Positions 24,626 through 35,738 of a stretch of 64,000 bases of DNA are shown piece after piece. Origin of the DNA: Blastocladiella emersonii ATCC 22665 (taxonomy: Eukaryota; Fungi; Blastocladiomycota); assembly GCA_025594325.1 (NCBI GenBank), contig JANHCV010000004.1, positions 1,364,001 through 1,428,000 on the forward strand, in the 5' to 3' direction. The notes beneath the pieces are model-generated. The model saw nothing but the letters and a program-made list of their open reading frames with translations, was not told where the DNA came from and did no database searches. How positions within the stretch are numbered: the stretch's first letter is position 1; each line of letters starts with the position of its first letter. A program made the translations under genes and the position numbers.

Positions 24626-25146
24626 GTTGTTCCGACGGCGCCGCTTGGCGGGCGGAGGGTGCTCGCGGGGATCCAGGGTCTTGCTCGAGAGAGGGTCGGT
24701 GCGTCGATCGAGGTGCGGCTCGGCAGCCTTTGCGTCAAGTCGCTCAATCCATGTGTGTTGCCTTGCGGCTCTCGAGGGAGAGGTCGGCGGTGCTGGTGGC
24801 GCACGCCCAACTCAACGCAAGGGAAGAAACGCGTGGCGTCGCAGGGTCGCGATGAAACTGATGGATGTGACAGCCGCTCCACGCCACCGCCTCCTGCGTC
24901 AGAGGTCACGCGGCTTGCGGCGGCCTGACACACGCCCCGGCGCTCGGCCAATCAAATAAATCGTCACACGACCATTTTAGCGCGGAAGGGGAGGAAGGGG
25001 AGGAGAAGGAAGGGAGCCAACGCCGCCTCTGCCTGGCCCCGCGACTACAAGTACGGCGGCCGCCCCCTCCTCTCCCCGATCTCTCGCCAGACTCGCCCCA
25101 GACCCGCTTGCTTGCATCAGTTGCATCCGCCCCCTCTCACCCTGCC

Positions 25147-26342
25147 ATGAACTTCCTCGACCAGAACGAGAAGCTGTCGCTCGACAAGCTCCGCAACGTG
25201 CTCGTCCGGTACGCTGCCTGCCCGCTCCGCGATGGCACACCGCATGGAGCTGACGCGCAGCCGCTACGCTCCGCCACGGACACGCAGACTAGAGGACACG
25301 ATCATCTTCGGGCTCATCGAGCGCGCGCAGTTCTCGCGCAACGACCAGATCTACGTCCAAGGCGCCTTCAAGTTCGACGGCGCGCCAGAGTACGCTGGCT
25401 CGTTCCTCGACTGGTTCCTGCACGAGACCGAGAAGATCCACGGTACGCGATTCCTTCCTGCTGCGCCACCCCATCCTGTCCCGTCCTCCTGCTTCCCTCC
25501 CCATCGCGCGGACTCGACCGTCCACTCACACTGGCCTGCCCGTGCACAGCGCGAGTTCGCCGCTACACGTCGCCTGACGAGTACCCCTTCACCGGTATGC
25601 CCGCCGTCTCCCTCCTCCATCATATTGCCCGCAACACTCGCTCACCCGCGCTCCCACATCCCTCGTAGACAATCTCCCGGCGCCCATCCTGCCCGTGCTC
25701 GACGTCAAGTCGCACCTCGTGCCCAACAAGATCAACGTCAACGAGCACATCAAGTCCATGTACCTGCTCAACATCGTGCCGTCGCTGTGCCGCGCGGGCG
25801 ACGACGGCAACTACGGCTCGGCGGCCACGCGCGACGTCGAGTGCCTGCAGGCGCTGTCGAAGCGCATCCACTACGGCAAGTTCATTGCCGAGGCCAAGTT
25901 CCAGGCCGACCCCGACGGCTACACGGCGCTGATCCGCGCCCGCGACACCGAGGGCCTCATGCGCCGCCTCACCAACGAGGCCGTCGAGCTCAAGCTGCTC
26001 AAGCGCCTGCGCCGCAAGGCCGAGCTGTACGGCCAGGAGCTCGACGACGAGGATATCGACGCGCCGGCTGCTGCTGACGCGGGCGCCGAGTCGGACGACA
26101 GCGGCATCGTCGCGCCACCGGCGGGCGCGACGGCGCCGGCGGCCTCGGCCGAGGCAACGCACGAGCGGCGATGGTCTGGCTCGTCCGACTCGGTCTCGCT
26201 CGCCTCGGACGCGTCGTCGGCCGCGGCCCGCCGCGCACGCAAGTCGCGCCTCGACCTCGACATGGTCGTCAGCCTGTACCGCGATTTTGTCATCCCCATC
26301 ACCAAGCTCGTCGAGGTCCAGTACCTCCTCGTGCGTGTATAA
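25147..26342 (+). CDS. ARO7: Chorismate mutase (eukaryotic AroQ-gamma)
   Basis: [12 protein letters not shown]|[76 protein letters not shown]. Three introns. Confidence 0.95.
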
Positions 26343-26502
26343 CAATCAAAACACCGTTTTGTCTCCCACTCCCCCAAGTGTCTCCCGCGCCGCGGTCCTG
26401 AGCCTTGAGCCGAGCCAAGGAAGCTGGAACGCGACGCGTCGTTTCGCCTCGCGCACCGGCTTGATATCGGCAGCTCTCTCTCCTCTTCGACCACACACTC
26501 GA

Positions 26503-28263
26503 ATGAACGGACGAATGACCGTCACCGGCGACGACTCGCTCCTCTCGTGGGAGGACCGCGACGGCTGGGACCCGCACGACTACGACCCGGGCACGGCCCT
26601 CGCCATCAACATCGTTGGCATGGCGCAGATGCTCATCACGATCCTGCTCAACGGTACCATCGCGTTCGCGGCGATCCGCGCCCAGCTCGGCTACAACGCG
26701 GCCAACATGCTGTCCATCTCGCTCTGCGTCACCTACGTCTTCTACGGCACGTTCGTCCTCACGTCAAAGACGGCCATGGTGATCCAGGGCGAGTGGACGC
26801 TGCTCAACTGCCGCATCGACGCCAACCTCAACGTCTTCTTCCTCAGCGCGATCCTCGGCATCATGCTCGCCACAGCCATCGAGCGGTACCTCAGCATCGT
26901 CCCCATGAAGAAGCTTGACAGCATCCACGTCTACCAGGCCCTCGGCCTCGCGTACGGCGTCGGCGTCGTCAACAGCAGCGTGCACGCGGCCGCGCTCCCG
27001 CGGCCCGTCATCTCGACCAGCGGCGCGTTCTGCTTTCCCAATTTCGGGTCGCAGCGGCCGCTCGCCAGCTGGCTTAGCTTGTTCAACGTGCTCGCCGCGA
27101 CGTGTTACGTGATCGTCATCATAGGTACGCGTTGTCGTCTACCGCGCTCGCAGCCGTCGAGCTGACCTACTCCCGCCCCTGCCCCAAGAGGCGTCTACTC
27201 CTCCATCATCCGGTATCTGCGCACGACCTTCCGCATCCTGCAGACGCGCTCGTCGCTCAAGCTGTTCGGGTCGCAGGCCACGCCGCTGCGGTCGGCCGGC
27301 ATGGGCAAGTCGAACGGGTCCACGCTGAGCGACACGGCGTCTGGCGAGCCCGCCTCCGCCACGGCCATGATCGCGCCGCTCCCGCCCCCACCACCGGTGC
27401 CCAATGACGCGGTTCAAGTCCAGGTCACAGCGCCGCGACGAGCCTCGGCATCCCCGCCCGCATCGCCCGTCGACGAGGAGTCGGCGTCGCACCACGAGCG
27501 GCGCACCGTCAGCGACGCGCACCGGCTCAAGACTGAGCCCGCCGCGGCCACCGTGGCACCCTCGTCGCGCCGCCTCTCCCGCGTCATCGCCGCCGGCGTC
27601 CCGCGACCCATCTCCGGCCGCTTCGCCCCGCTCGCGCGCGGGCTGCCGAGCGCCGCGTCGTCGCAGTCGACGTCGCCCACGGCCACCGTCTTACCGCCAC
27701 CACCGACGCTGCCACGGCGCGAGGCGCGCATCTTCCGGTACCTCCCGCTCGCGCTGCGCGCGCTCGACTCGGAGGGGCTCGGCGGGTCGCATTCCGTGTC
27801 GATGACGGCCTCGGCGTCGACGCGGCGGCAGAGCCACGGTGCCGGCGCGGGCGGTGGCGCTGAGCCGTCGGTGCTCGGCGACGGGAGCGAGGAGGTGACG
27901 ATCGGCTCGTCGGTCGAGGTGTCGACCTTTGCCGACGCGCGGAAACGGTCAAGCGGCGCCGGGATCACCAAGCAGAAGGAGTCGCTCAAGGCGCTGCGCG
28001 TAGAGGCGCACCTGCTGCGCCGCGGGCTCGCCGTGTTCCTGTCGTTTATCCTGACATGGGTCCTGTTCGTGCTCAAGGTGGTGCTCACATACGCGACCAA
28101 GCGGCGGCTCGGGATCGCGTTTGACGCCGCGACGAGTGTCGCGCTCCTGACGTGCCCGATCATCGACCCGCTGCTGTTCCTGCTCCTCGACCGCGGGTTT
28201 CGCAAGGCGTTTGTCAAGGAGATCCCGTGGCCACGGTTGCTGTGGCGGCGCAGGAGCAAATAG
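26503..28263 (+). CDS. Class A (rhodopsin/opsin-like) 7TM GPCR with a long ICL3
   Basis: TM3 Cys (LNCRI), AIERY (DRY-like), EL2 SGAFCFP, TM7 CPIIDPLLF (NPxxY-like). Intron 27125-27190. Confidence 0.85.
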
Positions 28264-28536
28264 AAGAGGGTCTGTACATATCTTGCGCAGACGTCACGAG
28301 AGGCACGGTTGAGAGCTTGAGCGGTGGCCATGACGGCGGCCTCAGTTATCGCACGACGTGTTGGGCAGCGCATCGGATGGCTGTGGCTGAAGCGCGAGAC
28401 CACGTGCAGATGAGCGGCGCGAGATGAGGACCCTGAAGTGAGATCCACAGTTCTGGTATCGCGATCCACTGCACGTCACTACATAAATATCTGGACCAGC
28501 TGTTGGAACAGTGGTGATCTGCTGCATGTACCCGTC

Positions 28537-29502
28537 ATGCAGCGCGCCTCTCCGGCACCGACCCCTGCTCCCGCCCAAAACGCGCATCGTGGTCGCTATA
28601 CGCTAAGCGACGTGCGCCGGTTTTCGCACGATCGTCCGCCGCCTGATCGGCCACCAGCTCAGTCTGCAGCACCTGCTCCTAAAGCCGGCAAGAACGCGCA
28701 TCGTGGGCGCTACACGCTCACCAATGTACGTCGTATGTCGTCCGAGCGCAAGCCCTCGCCCGCAGCAGTCGCCGTTGCAGCTGCAGCGACCGCGGCAATG
28801 GCCCCCGGCGGCCGTGGTGACGCCGCAGGGCCGCCGCGCCGGACCTCGCTGTCCATGGTCGCGGGCCAGGTCGCCGCGCTTCCGCGGCGCATCTCGGGCC
28901 GCATCGGTCCCATGGTCCGTGGATTTTCGATGCGGGGCCCGCTACCCAAGTCGCCCGTGGCCCCGCCGCGCCGCGAAGCGGCCATCTTTCGACACCTGCC
29001 GCAGGCGATGCGCGCGCTGGACGCCGAGGGCCTCGGCGGGTCACACGCGGTCTCGCTTGGGGACATGGCGCGGCGGGACAGCCGCGGCGCCGATGCGTCG
29101 GTGCCCGGCCAGGATGTGACGATCGGATCGGCGGCCGGCGCGGAGCTGTCGGTCGTGGAAGAGTCGCCGTCGCCGTCGCCGTCGCTGAAGCGGATCAGCG
29201 CGATTGGGACGCTGCGCCGCAAGGACAAGATCAAGGCGCTCCGCGTCGAGACGCACCTCCTCGCGCGCGGGCTCGCCGTGTTCCTGTCGCTCTTTCTCAC
29301 GTGGATCCTGTTCGTGTCCAAGATCCTCGTGACGTTCGTGACCAAGCGCCAGCTCGCGATCACGTTCGACGCGGTGACGAGCATCGGGCTGCTGACGTGC
29401 CCGATCATCGACCCGCTGCAGTTCCTGTTCCTCGACCGCGGGTTCCGCTCCGCATTCGTCGAGGGGGTGACGCAGCTGTCGTGGCGCCGGAGCAAAATGT
29501 AG
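28537..29502 (+). CDS. Truncated GPCR paralog: ICL3-TM6-TM7 only
   Basis: Open ORF homologous to the C-terminal half of the upstream GPCR (PRREAAIFRHLP, ALRVETHLLARGLAVFL, LTCPIIDPLQFLFLDRGFR). No TM1-5 coding sequence found between 28264 and 28537. Confidence 0.7.
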   Translation: MQRASPAPTPAPAQNAHRGRYTLSDVRRFSHDRPPPDRPPAQSAAPAPKAGKNAHRGRYTLTNVRRMSSERKPSPAAVAVAAAATAAMAPGGRGDAAGPPRRTSLSMVAGQVAALPRRISGRIGPMVRGFSMRGPLPKSPVAPPRREAAIFRHLPQAMRALDAEGLGGSHAVSLGDMARRDSRGADASVPGQDVTIGSAAGAELSVVEESPSPSPSLKRISAIGTLRRKDKIKALRVETHLLARGLAVFLSLFLTWILFVSKILVTFVTKRQLAITFDAVTSIGLLTCPIIDPLQFLFLDRGFRSAFVEGVTQLSWRRSKM

Positions 29503-29758
29503 TGCGGGTGGTAGCTGCGGCGCATCGCGTCCCGACAGGAATGGCGGCTCCATCGCGTGCCCCGCTCACTGCGGAGATCCGCATCTTTTCGGCGCGCTGC
29601 GCTCGCCCCCTTGTTTCCTCCTCCCTCACTCGGCTCACAACGAGGCTGTTAGTGTATGCAACGCGCTATGTAACCTCATGCAATCATGAATTTTGTCGGT
29701 TCACCCGGCCCTCGCGTGTTCCTCCAGACCTCAAGTCAAACACCCTGATCCCACCACG

Positions 29759-30311
29759 ATGGCGTTGCCGCCGGCCCCGACTTCTACTCTCGACGCGATT
29801 CTGGAGGCGAACCACGCCGCCATGGATGGTGTCCGGGCCATGGCTGCGGAGCTCGCTCAGGTCAAGTCGGCCATCACCCAGCTGAGCGAGGAGAACGCCG
29901 CCCTGGCTAAGAAGAACGCCGTCCTGGCCAAGGAGGTTGAGGAGTCGAGGAAAAAGATCGAGGTCCTCGAGGAGGCTAATCGTGAGCTTACGGCCACGGA
30001 CGCTCGGCGCGAAAGGGAGTTGGCCGCCCTCCAGGCCCAGGTCCAGAAGCTAGAAAACCAGTGGAATGCCGACCGCGAGCACCGCCGCGACACGTACGCC
30101 AAGTCAAAGCTCCTCTCCGACAGCGCCACGGCCGTCCTCGACCGCATGGAGCGCGACTACAAGCAGGGCCGCGAGTGGGCTACGTCGGCCGAGGGCTTTG
30201 CCAACGATCACAAGAAAGTGTACGGCTGCCGGTTTCCGCATCGCATTCGGGGGCTCCTAACGATATTGTCGGGCCTGTAGGAAACAGGAAAATGCGCTGA
30301 ACGCCGAGTAG
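29759..30311 (+). CDS. Small coiled-coil protein of unknown function
   Basis: Heptad-rich ORF (LAQVKSAITQLSEENAALAKKNAVLAKEVEES). Probable intron ending CTAAC..TAG at 30280, then KQENALNAE*. Confidence 0.6.
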
Positions 30312-30438
30312 AGTAGGTGCTTCCGCCCGTCCCTGTTCAGCTTCCTGCCGTTCGCACACTCGATTGCATCCTCCCTCCCCTCCCCACTGCACTGACATAT
30401 CAACCATCCCTTGCACCTATCTCGAAACCCATTGCTCA

Positions 30439-30474
30439 CACCATCACCATCACCATCACCATCACCATCACCAT
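30439..30474. repeat. (CACCAT)6 microsatellite
   Basis: Directly read from the sequence. Confidence 0.9.
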
Positions 30475-30479
30475 GTCCC

Positions 30480-30995
30480 TCCTGCTCCGCGTGAGCCTCC
30501 CCTTGCACCTCTCGTCGCTCCATCCGTCCCTTTTGCGCGCTGATTGGCCTTGCTCCTCCCGCCGCGCAATGTACCGCCGCATACCTTCCATCATATCGTC
30601 TCTGCCGCGTGCACGGCTCAGCGGAACCGCCATGGTGACAGTTCATTGGTGCCCGGTCAGGACACGACCGTCGGGCTGACGGCCTACAGCGCAACGAGCG
30701 GACCAGCACGATCCTGACGGTGTCCCGCGACAAGGAGATCAGGAACTTTCGTGCCGCGATGCGCGACTTGGTGCGCAACCCGCCGTGCCCGAGATCCTTA
30801 TGACCTCGTTCTTGACTGAGCGCCGGCTCACCACCACGCTTGACGCGGCGACGAGTGTGAGCTGTTGACGGTCGGCCCGCTGCTGCTGCTCCTGCGCCGC
30901 GGGCTTCTCACCGCGTTCATTGATGAGGGGAAATGGCTGCCGCGGCAACAGACCAACCTGAACCGATGGCGAGAACAAGTAATTGAACGCTAGGA
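30480..30995 (+). pseudogene. Third, frameshifted relic of the GPCR ICL3-TM7 half
   Basis: Segments AMYRRIPSIISSL, VPGQDTTVG, EILMTSFLTERRLTTTLDAATSV and GPLLLLLRRGLLTAF align with GPCR copies 1 and 2. Most of TM6 is deleted and there are frameshifts. Confidence 0.7.
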
Positions 30996-31070
30996 GGTGT
31001 ATATGACGTGATGGACACGGGCGGAGTCGCGCGAGCAATGCGCGTGGCCAGCAAAACTGCTCGTTGACGA

Positions 31071-33554
31071 CTACATGCCGTACTTTTTCCGGGCAAACGC
31101 CTCGGGCAGGGCGGCGACAAAGTCGGCCCACGGCCGCTCGACGACCATCATGGCCCTTGGCCCGAGCACCTCGAGGTGCATGAGGCGCTGGTACCGGGAC
31201 AGGAGCGCGTACCCGTTGGTGACGAGGTCGACGTTCGTCTTCGCCGCGTTCGGGATCGGCGCGGCCTTGCGGAGCGCCGCGTCCTCGTCGTCGGCGGCGG
31301 CCTTGCGCTTGGCGAGCGGCGCCAGGTCGCGCGCCAGGTCCACGACCAGGAACCAGTTGGACGTCCACAGCAGCAGGCGCGACTTGGGCAGCGCGTAGGC
31401 GCCGCGGAAGTAGTCGGACCGCTCGCGGAAGTCGGCGCCGAGCCGCGACAGGTTGGTCCGCGTCCACCGGTGCTGCTCGAACGTCGGCGCCGTGAACAGG
31501 TAGAAGTCGTTGCTCGACAGCGTCAGCACCAGGTACTCGGCGGCGGCGGCAGCGGGACCCGCCGTCGGCGGCGACGTGAACGACAGCGACGTGATCGAGT
31601 GCGGCGCGTACTGCGGCAGCGCCTTCTTCTCGAACAGCGCCTCGGCGACGAGGTCCGAGTCGTCGGCGACCACGGCGTCGGCGGCCGCGGCGCTCCACAG
31701 ATCGACAATGTACGCGCGCGTCGTGGCGTCCGACGACGCGAGGTACCGGCCGGACTGCGACAGCGCGACGTGCACGACGTGGGCGGGCGCGTGGTGCTCG
31801 AACTTGGCGACGAGGCGTGGGCGCCACGGCGCGGCGGTCGCGGACGCCGGCGCGAGCGGGAGGTGGTACACGAGCACGTGGTTGTTGCCGTCGACGCCGG
31901 CGAGGAGGTGGCCGCCGAGCAGGTTATCGTCGGTGCCCGAGCTGGCGGCGCCGCCAAAGATGGCGGCGGCCGCGCGCTGCTGGACGCCGGCGACGTCGTC
32001 GATCTTGAGCGCGGCAAAGGAGAGGTGGCGCATGGCGGGCAGCTTGGCCTTGACGCGGTGCACCTGGACCTCGTCGTCGTCGTTGATAGCGGCCACGTGC
32101 CACAGCTTGAGGGCGTCGGCGTGCGAGGCGGCGATCCACGCGCCGTCGTCGCTGAGGACGGCGTGCTCGATGTTGCGGATGGCGTTGAGGCGGATCTCGG
32201 CGAGGACGCACGGCAGGTCCTTGACGGTCAGGCGCTCGAGGAAGCGCGACTTGTCGAGCTGGGCGGGCGAGGTCCCGGTGCCGCCGAGGCGGTACAGGCG
32301 CATCGTGTTCTCGAAGCGGGCGAGGAACCACTTCTTCTCGGGGGCGGCCGAGATGCGCGGGACCTGGAACTCGTCCCTGCGGCGCTGCGGCGAGGTGGTG
32401 AACCCGCCGTTGGCGAGCTCGACCGTGATGACCTCGGCGTCGATGCCGCCCGAGACGAGCGCGTGCACGCCCTTGCGGTCGACAACGCACACGGCCTTGA
32501 CGTCGTTGGAGTGGTACCGGCGCATGTGGGCCTTGGTCCACTGCGAGTGCTTCTTGGCGCCGGCGAGGCGGATCTGGACCACGCCGCGGTCGACGGACCC
32601 CGAGTACACGGTCTTGCCGTCGCGCGCCACGTCGAGGGCGAGCACGTCGGCTTCGTGCGCGGTCACGGACTGGATGAGCGTCGCGGTGCGCCAGTCCCAG
32701 AACTCGACGCGGCCGAGCGAGTTGCCCGACACGATGGTGCCGTCGCCCAGCACGCGCACGCACCACACGACCGTGTGCTTGCGGTCGACGCGGTCGAGCG
32801 TGGCGCGGTCGCGCGGCGTGCCCGTCTTCACGTCCCACTGGCGCAGGTCGCTGGCGTCGGACCCGGACACGACGTAGTCGCCCGACGGGTGCCACGCGAG
32901 GCACAGGACGCGGCCCTTCTGCTTGTTGAAGGTGCGCAGCAGCACAAACTCGTCGTCGGCAATGTCGAACAGCCGGATGCACCCGTCCTCGCAACCCGCA
33001 GCGAGCAGCGTGCCGCTCGGGTTCACGGCAAGGCTCCACACACCGCCGCCTGTCGCGTCAACCGATTTCTACATTCGCGGGGGTACGCGATCAGCGTGGG
33101 CGGGTGGGATCGCGCCGTGTCGGAGATGAGCGTACAATCTCCTGCAGTGTGTCAATGTTCCACTCGGTGATGTAGCCGTTGAGCGACGAGGTGAAGAGGC
33201 GGATGCGCTTGCTCATTTGGCGCTTGAGGGCGAAGCTGCGCTCCTGGTCGTCGTCGTAGAAGTCAGGGTCGGTGAGCACGCTCTGGTGTGCCCAAGCGAT
33301 CGATGACACGGTGCGGTTTTCGCCGCCAACGATGACCTAATGGGGATTTGGAAGTCAGGATCAGACCGTGGTCGGGATCCCGGAGGGGGCGGGCGTACGC
33401 GCTCGACTTGCCACGAGTTGGCGGGGAGACGGATCTCAATATCGCCGTTCTCGCGCGCGACGGCGAGCATGGGCCGCGCCGTGTCGGGCGTCAGCGCCAT
33501 GTGCCCGATAGCGGACGGGACGTGGTCCACGAAGCGGACGACGTGGCTCTCCAT
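31071..33554 (-). CDS. UTP4: U3 snoRNA-associated WD40 protein UTP4
   Basis: HVVRFVDHVPSAI, LAVARENGDIEI, GGGVWSLAVNP...GCEDG, HEADVLAL, C-terminal VVERPW...KKYG. Two introns near the 5' end. Confidence 0.9.
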
Positions 33555-33877
33555 GGCGGGTGCGTATGCGTATGCGTTGCGTTGGGTCGGTGCCGGTCGT
33601 GGTACGCCCTCGTCGTCTCGCGTCAGGTCTCGATGGTGACGGCGGTGCGGCGCGTGCGGGGAGCGACGTCGAGGTGGAGTTGATTTCGGTCCAGTGGCGT
33701 CACGGGAACGGGTGCCATGGCGGATTTGAGCTGGGCGCGTTTTTTCGGTCACTCGCGACCGCTCGGCTCGCGCTCCACCGGCAACCCATGTAACGCACGA
33801 GCGACGAATCGGCGCACCACGCAACTTGCTGCATTTTACATTCGATTGAGACCTGAACCGAGCGACGACGAGCCACC

Positions 33878-34916
33878 ATGACGACTGCTGCTCGCCCGAC
33901 GTACGGCGTCGGGAGCACAACCAGCGGGCCCGCTCGAGACTCACGCGGCTGGATGCACGTAGATTCAACCCGGCCATGGGCGGGCACACGGGGCGCGATC
34001 TCGGGTTCAAGTCGCGCATCATCTCAAACAAGGAGCAGGCGGGGTACACCAAGATCAAGTACCGGTACGCACGCTCACCGCAGTCACTTCCCTCATCGCG
34101 CGACTCACTCACCTGTTTGTGCACGAATCTAGTCAACGCGGGCAGAACTCGCAGGCCGAGATCCGCGAGCGCAACCTGCAGGAGCAGCTGCAAAAGGCGG
34201 AGCGCGCGTTCGCGGCCAAGAAGCGGAAGCTGCTCGGCACCGCGGGGCCCGAGGACGAGGAGGCGATTGCCGCCTACGACGCCGAGCGGTTCCCGGTGAG
34301 CCCGCGCGGGCCCAAGACGCGCGACGACGGCGAGGGCAACGGGTACGGCGAGGGCGCGGACCTCGACCCGTCGGACCGCAGCCCGAAGCGCGCGCGCAAG
34401 TCAGCGGCGAGCCCGTCACGCGGCGGGCGGGGACGGCGGCCAAGCGCGGCGGCGGCGGGCGACGATCCAGACGCGGATATGGTGATATCCGACAGCGAGG
34501 CGGGGAGCGACGCGGACAAGGCGTCGTCGGACGAGGAGGAGGAGGAGGACGCGTCGAGCAGCGACGACGACGACGACGATTCCGAGGACGAGACCGAGGC
34601 GCTGATGCGCGAGCTCGAGAAGATCAAGCGCGAGCGGGCCGAGGAGCGCGAGCGGCAGGAGCAGGCGCGGCGGGACAAGGAGGACGCGGAGCGCGAGGAG
34701 GCGCTGCTCACGAGCAACCCGCTGCTGCAGCTCGGCGGCGCCGGTCCAGGGGGTGCGGGCAAGGCCAAGCCCGACTTCAGCATCAAGAAGCGGTGGGACG
34801 ACGATGTGGTGTTCAAGAACCAGGCGCGCGTCGAGGACAAGCCGCAGAAGCGGTTCATCAACGACACGATCCGCAGCGACTTTCATCGCCGGTTCTTGTC
34901 CAAGTACGTGCAGTGA
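33878..34916 (+). CDS. CWC15: Pre-mRNA splicing factor CWC15
   Basis: MTTAARPT|FNPAMGG, YTKIKYR, LMRELEKIKRER, RWDDDVVFKNQAR, FINDTIRSDFHRRFL. Two introns. Confidence 0.93.
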
Positions 34917-35738
34917 TGGCCTCGATTTATACGTGCAGTTGTTGACGATTGGTGGTGGTGGGAGGCGAGGCGGGTGAGGTTTTGGCTGCGAGCGCTGCAC
35001 AAGTTTCTCTCGCCATCGGCATCGGCCTGGAGCGGCTCACACGCGGGCCTGTGATGATCAGGGCGAGAAGCCACCAGCACGGGCGCGGCGGCGGCCGACG
35101 CGTGAGACGTTTGCCGAGCCCCGCCGGGCGGCGCCGACGCAGGGCCGCCAAACGCGAAAGGGAGGGACGCGCGAACCACGCGAGCTCGTGCGTCAGAGTG
35201 ACGCGCCGAAGCAAGCGGGGGAAGCGGCCGAGTGGCGGAACGCGTGGGAACTCACCCGCACGTGCCGCGGATAAGCGCGTTCGGCGGGCCCACCGCGTCT
35301 CATTTCGCGTATCGCAGCTTCCCTTTGCGCGGAGCCTGAGCGGTGCCGATCCCTCGTCGCCCGCCGCCCCAACAGCGCGCCCGCCCGCCCGCCCGTCCCC
35401 TCTCCCCCCGCTCCCGCATCCAGCCCGCCCTCCTCCCGGTAGACCGTGCCGCGTCGTGTACCAGTGATCAGTCGCTCCCCTCTCCTCTCTGCTCCTCTCG
35501 CCGATCGTCGCTCGCACCCGACCCGGCTCGCGTCACTCTTTGCTTGCACCACCACCCATCGCGACGGCACCTCCCCGTGCCATCCCGTCCCTGAGACCAC
35601 ACCCGCTGTCGCCTGCCACCGACACCGGCCCGAGTACGTTCGCTCGCGCGGTGATGGGCCGCTTGATGTTCTGGGCGCTCACTCTCGCTCCTCGCGGCCC
35701 TCCAGGGATCCACAAGCCCCATCACCATCGCCGCCGCC

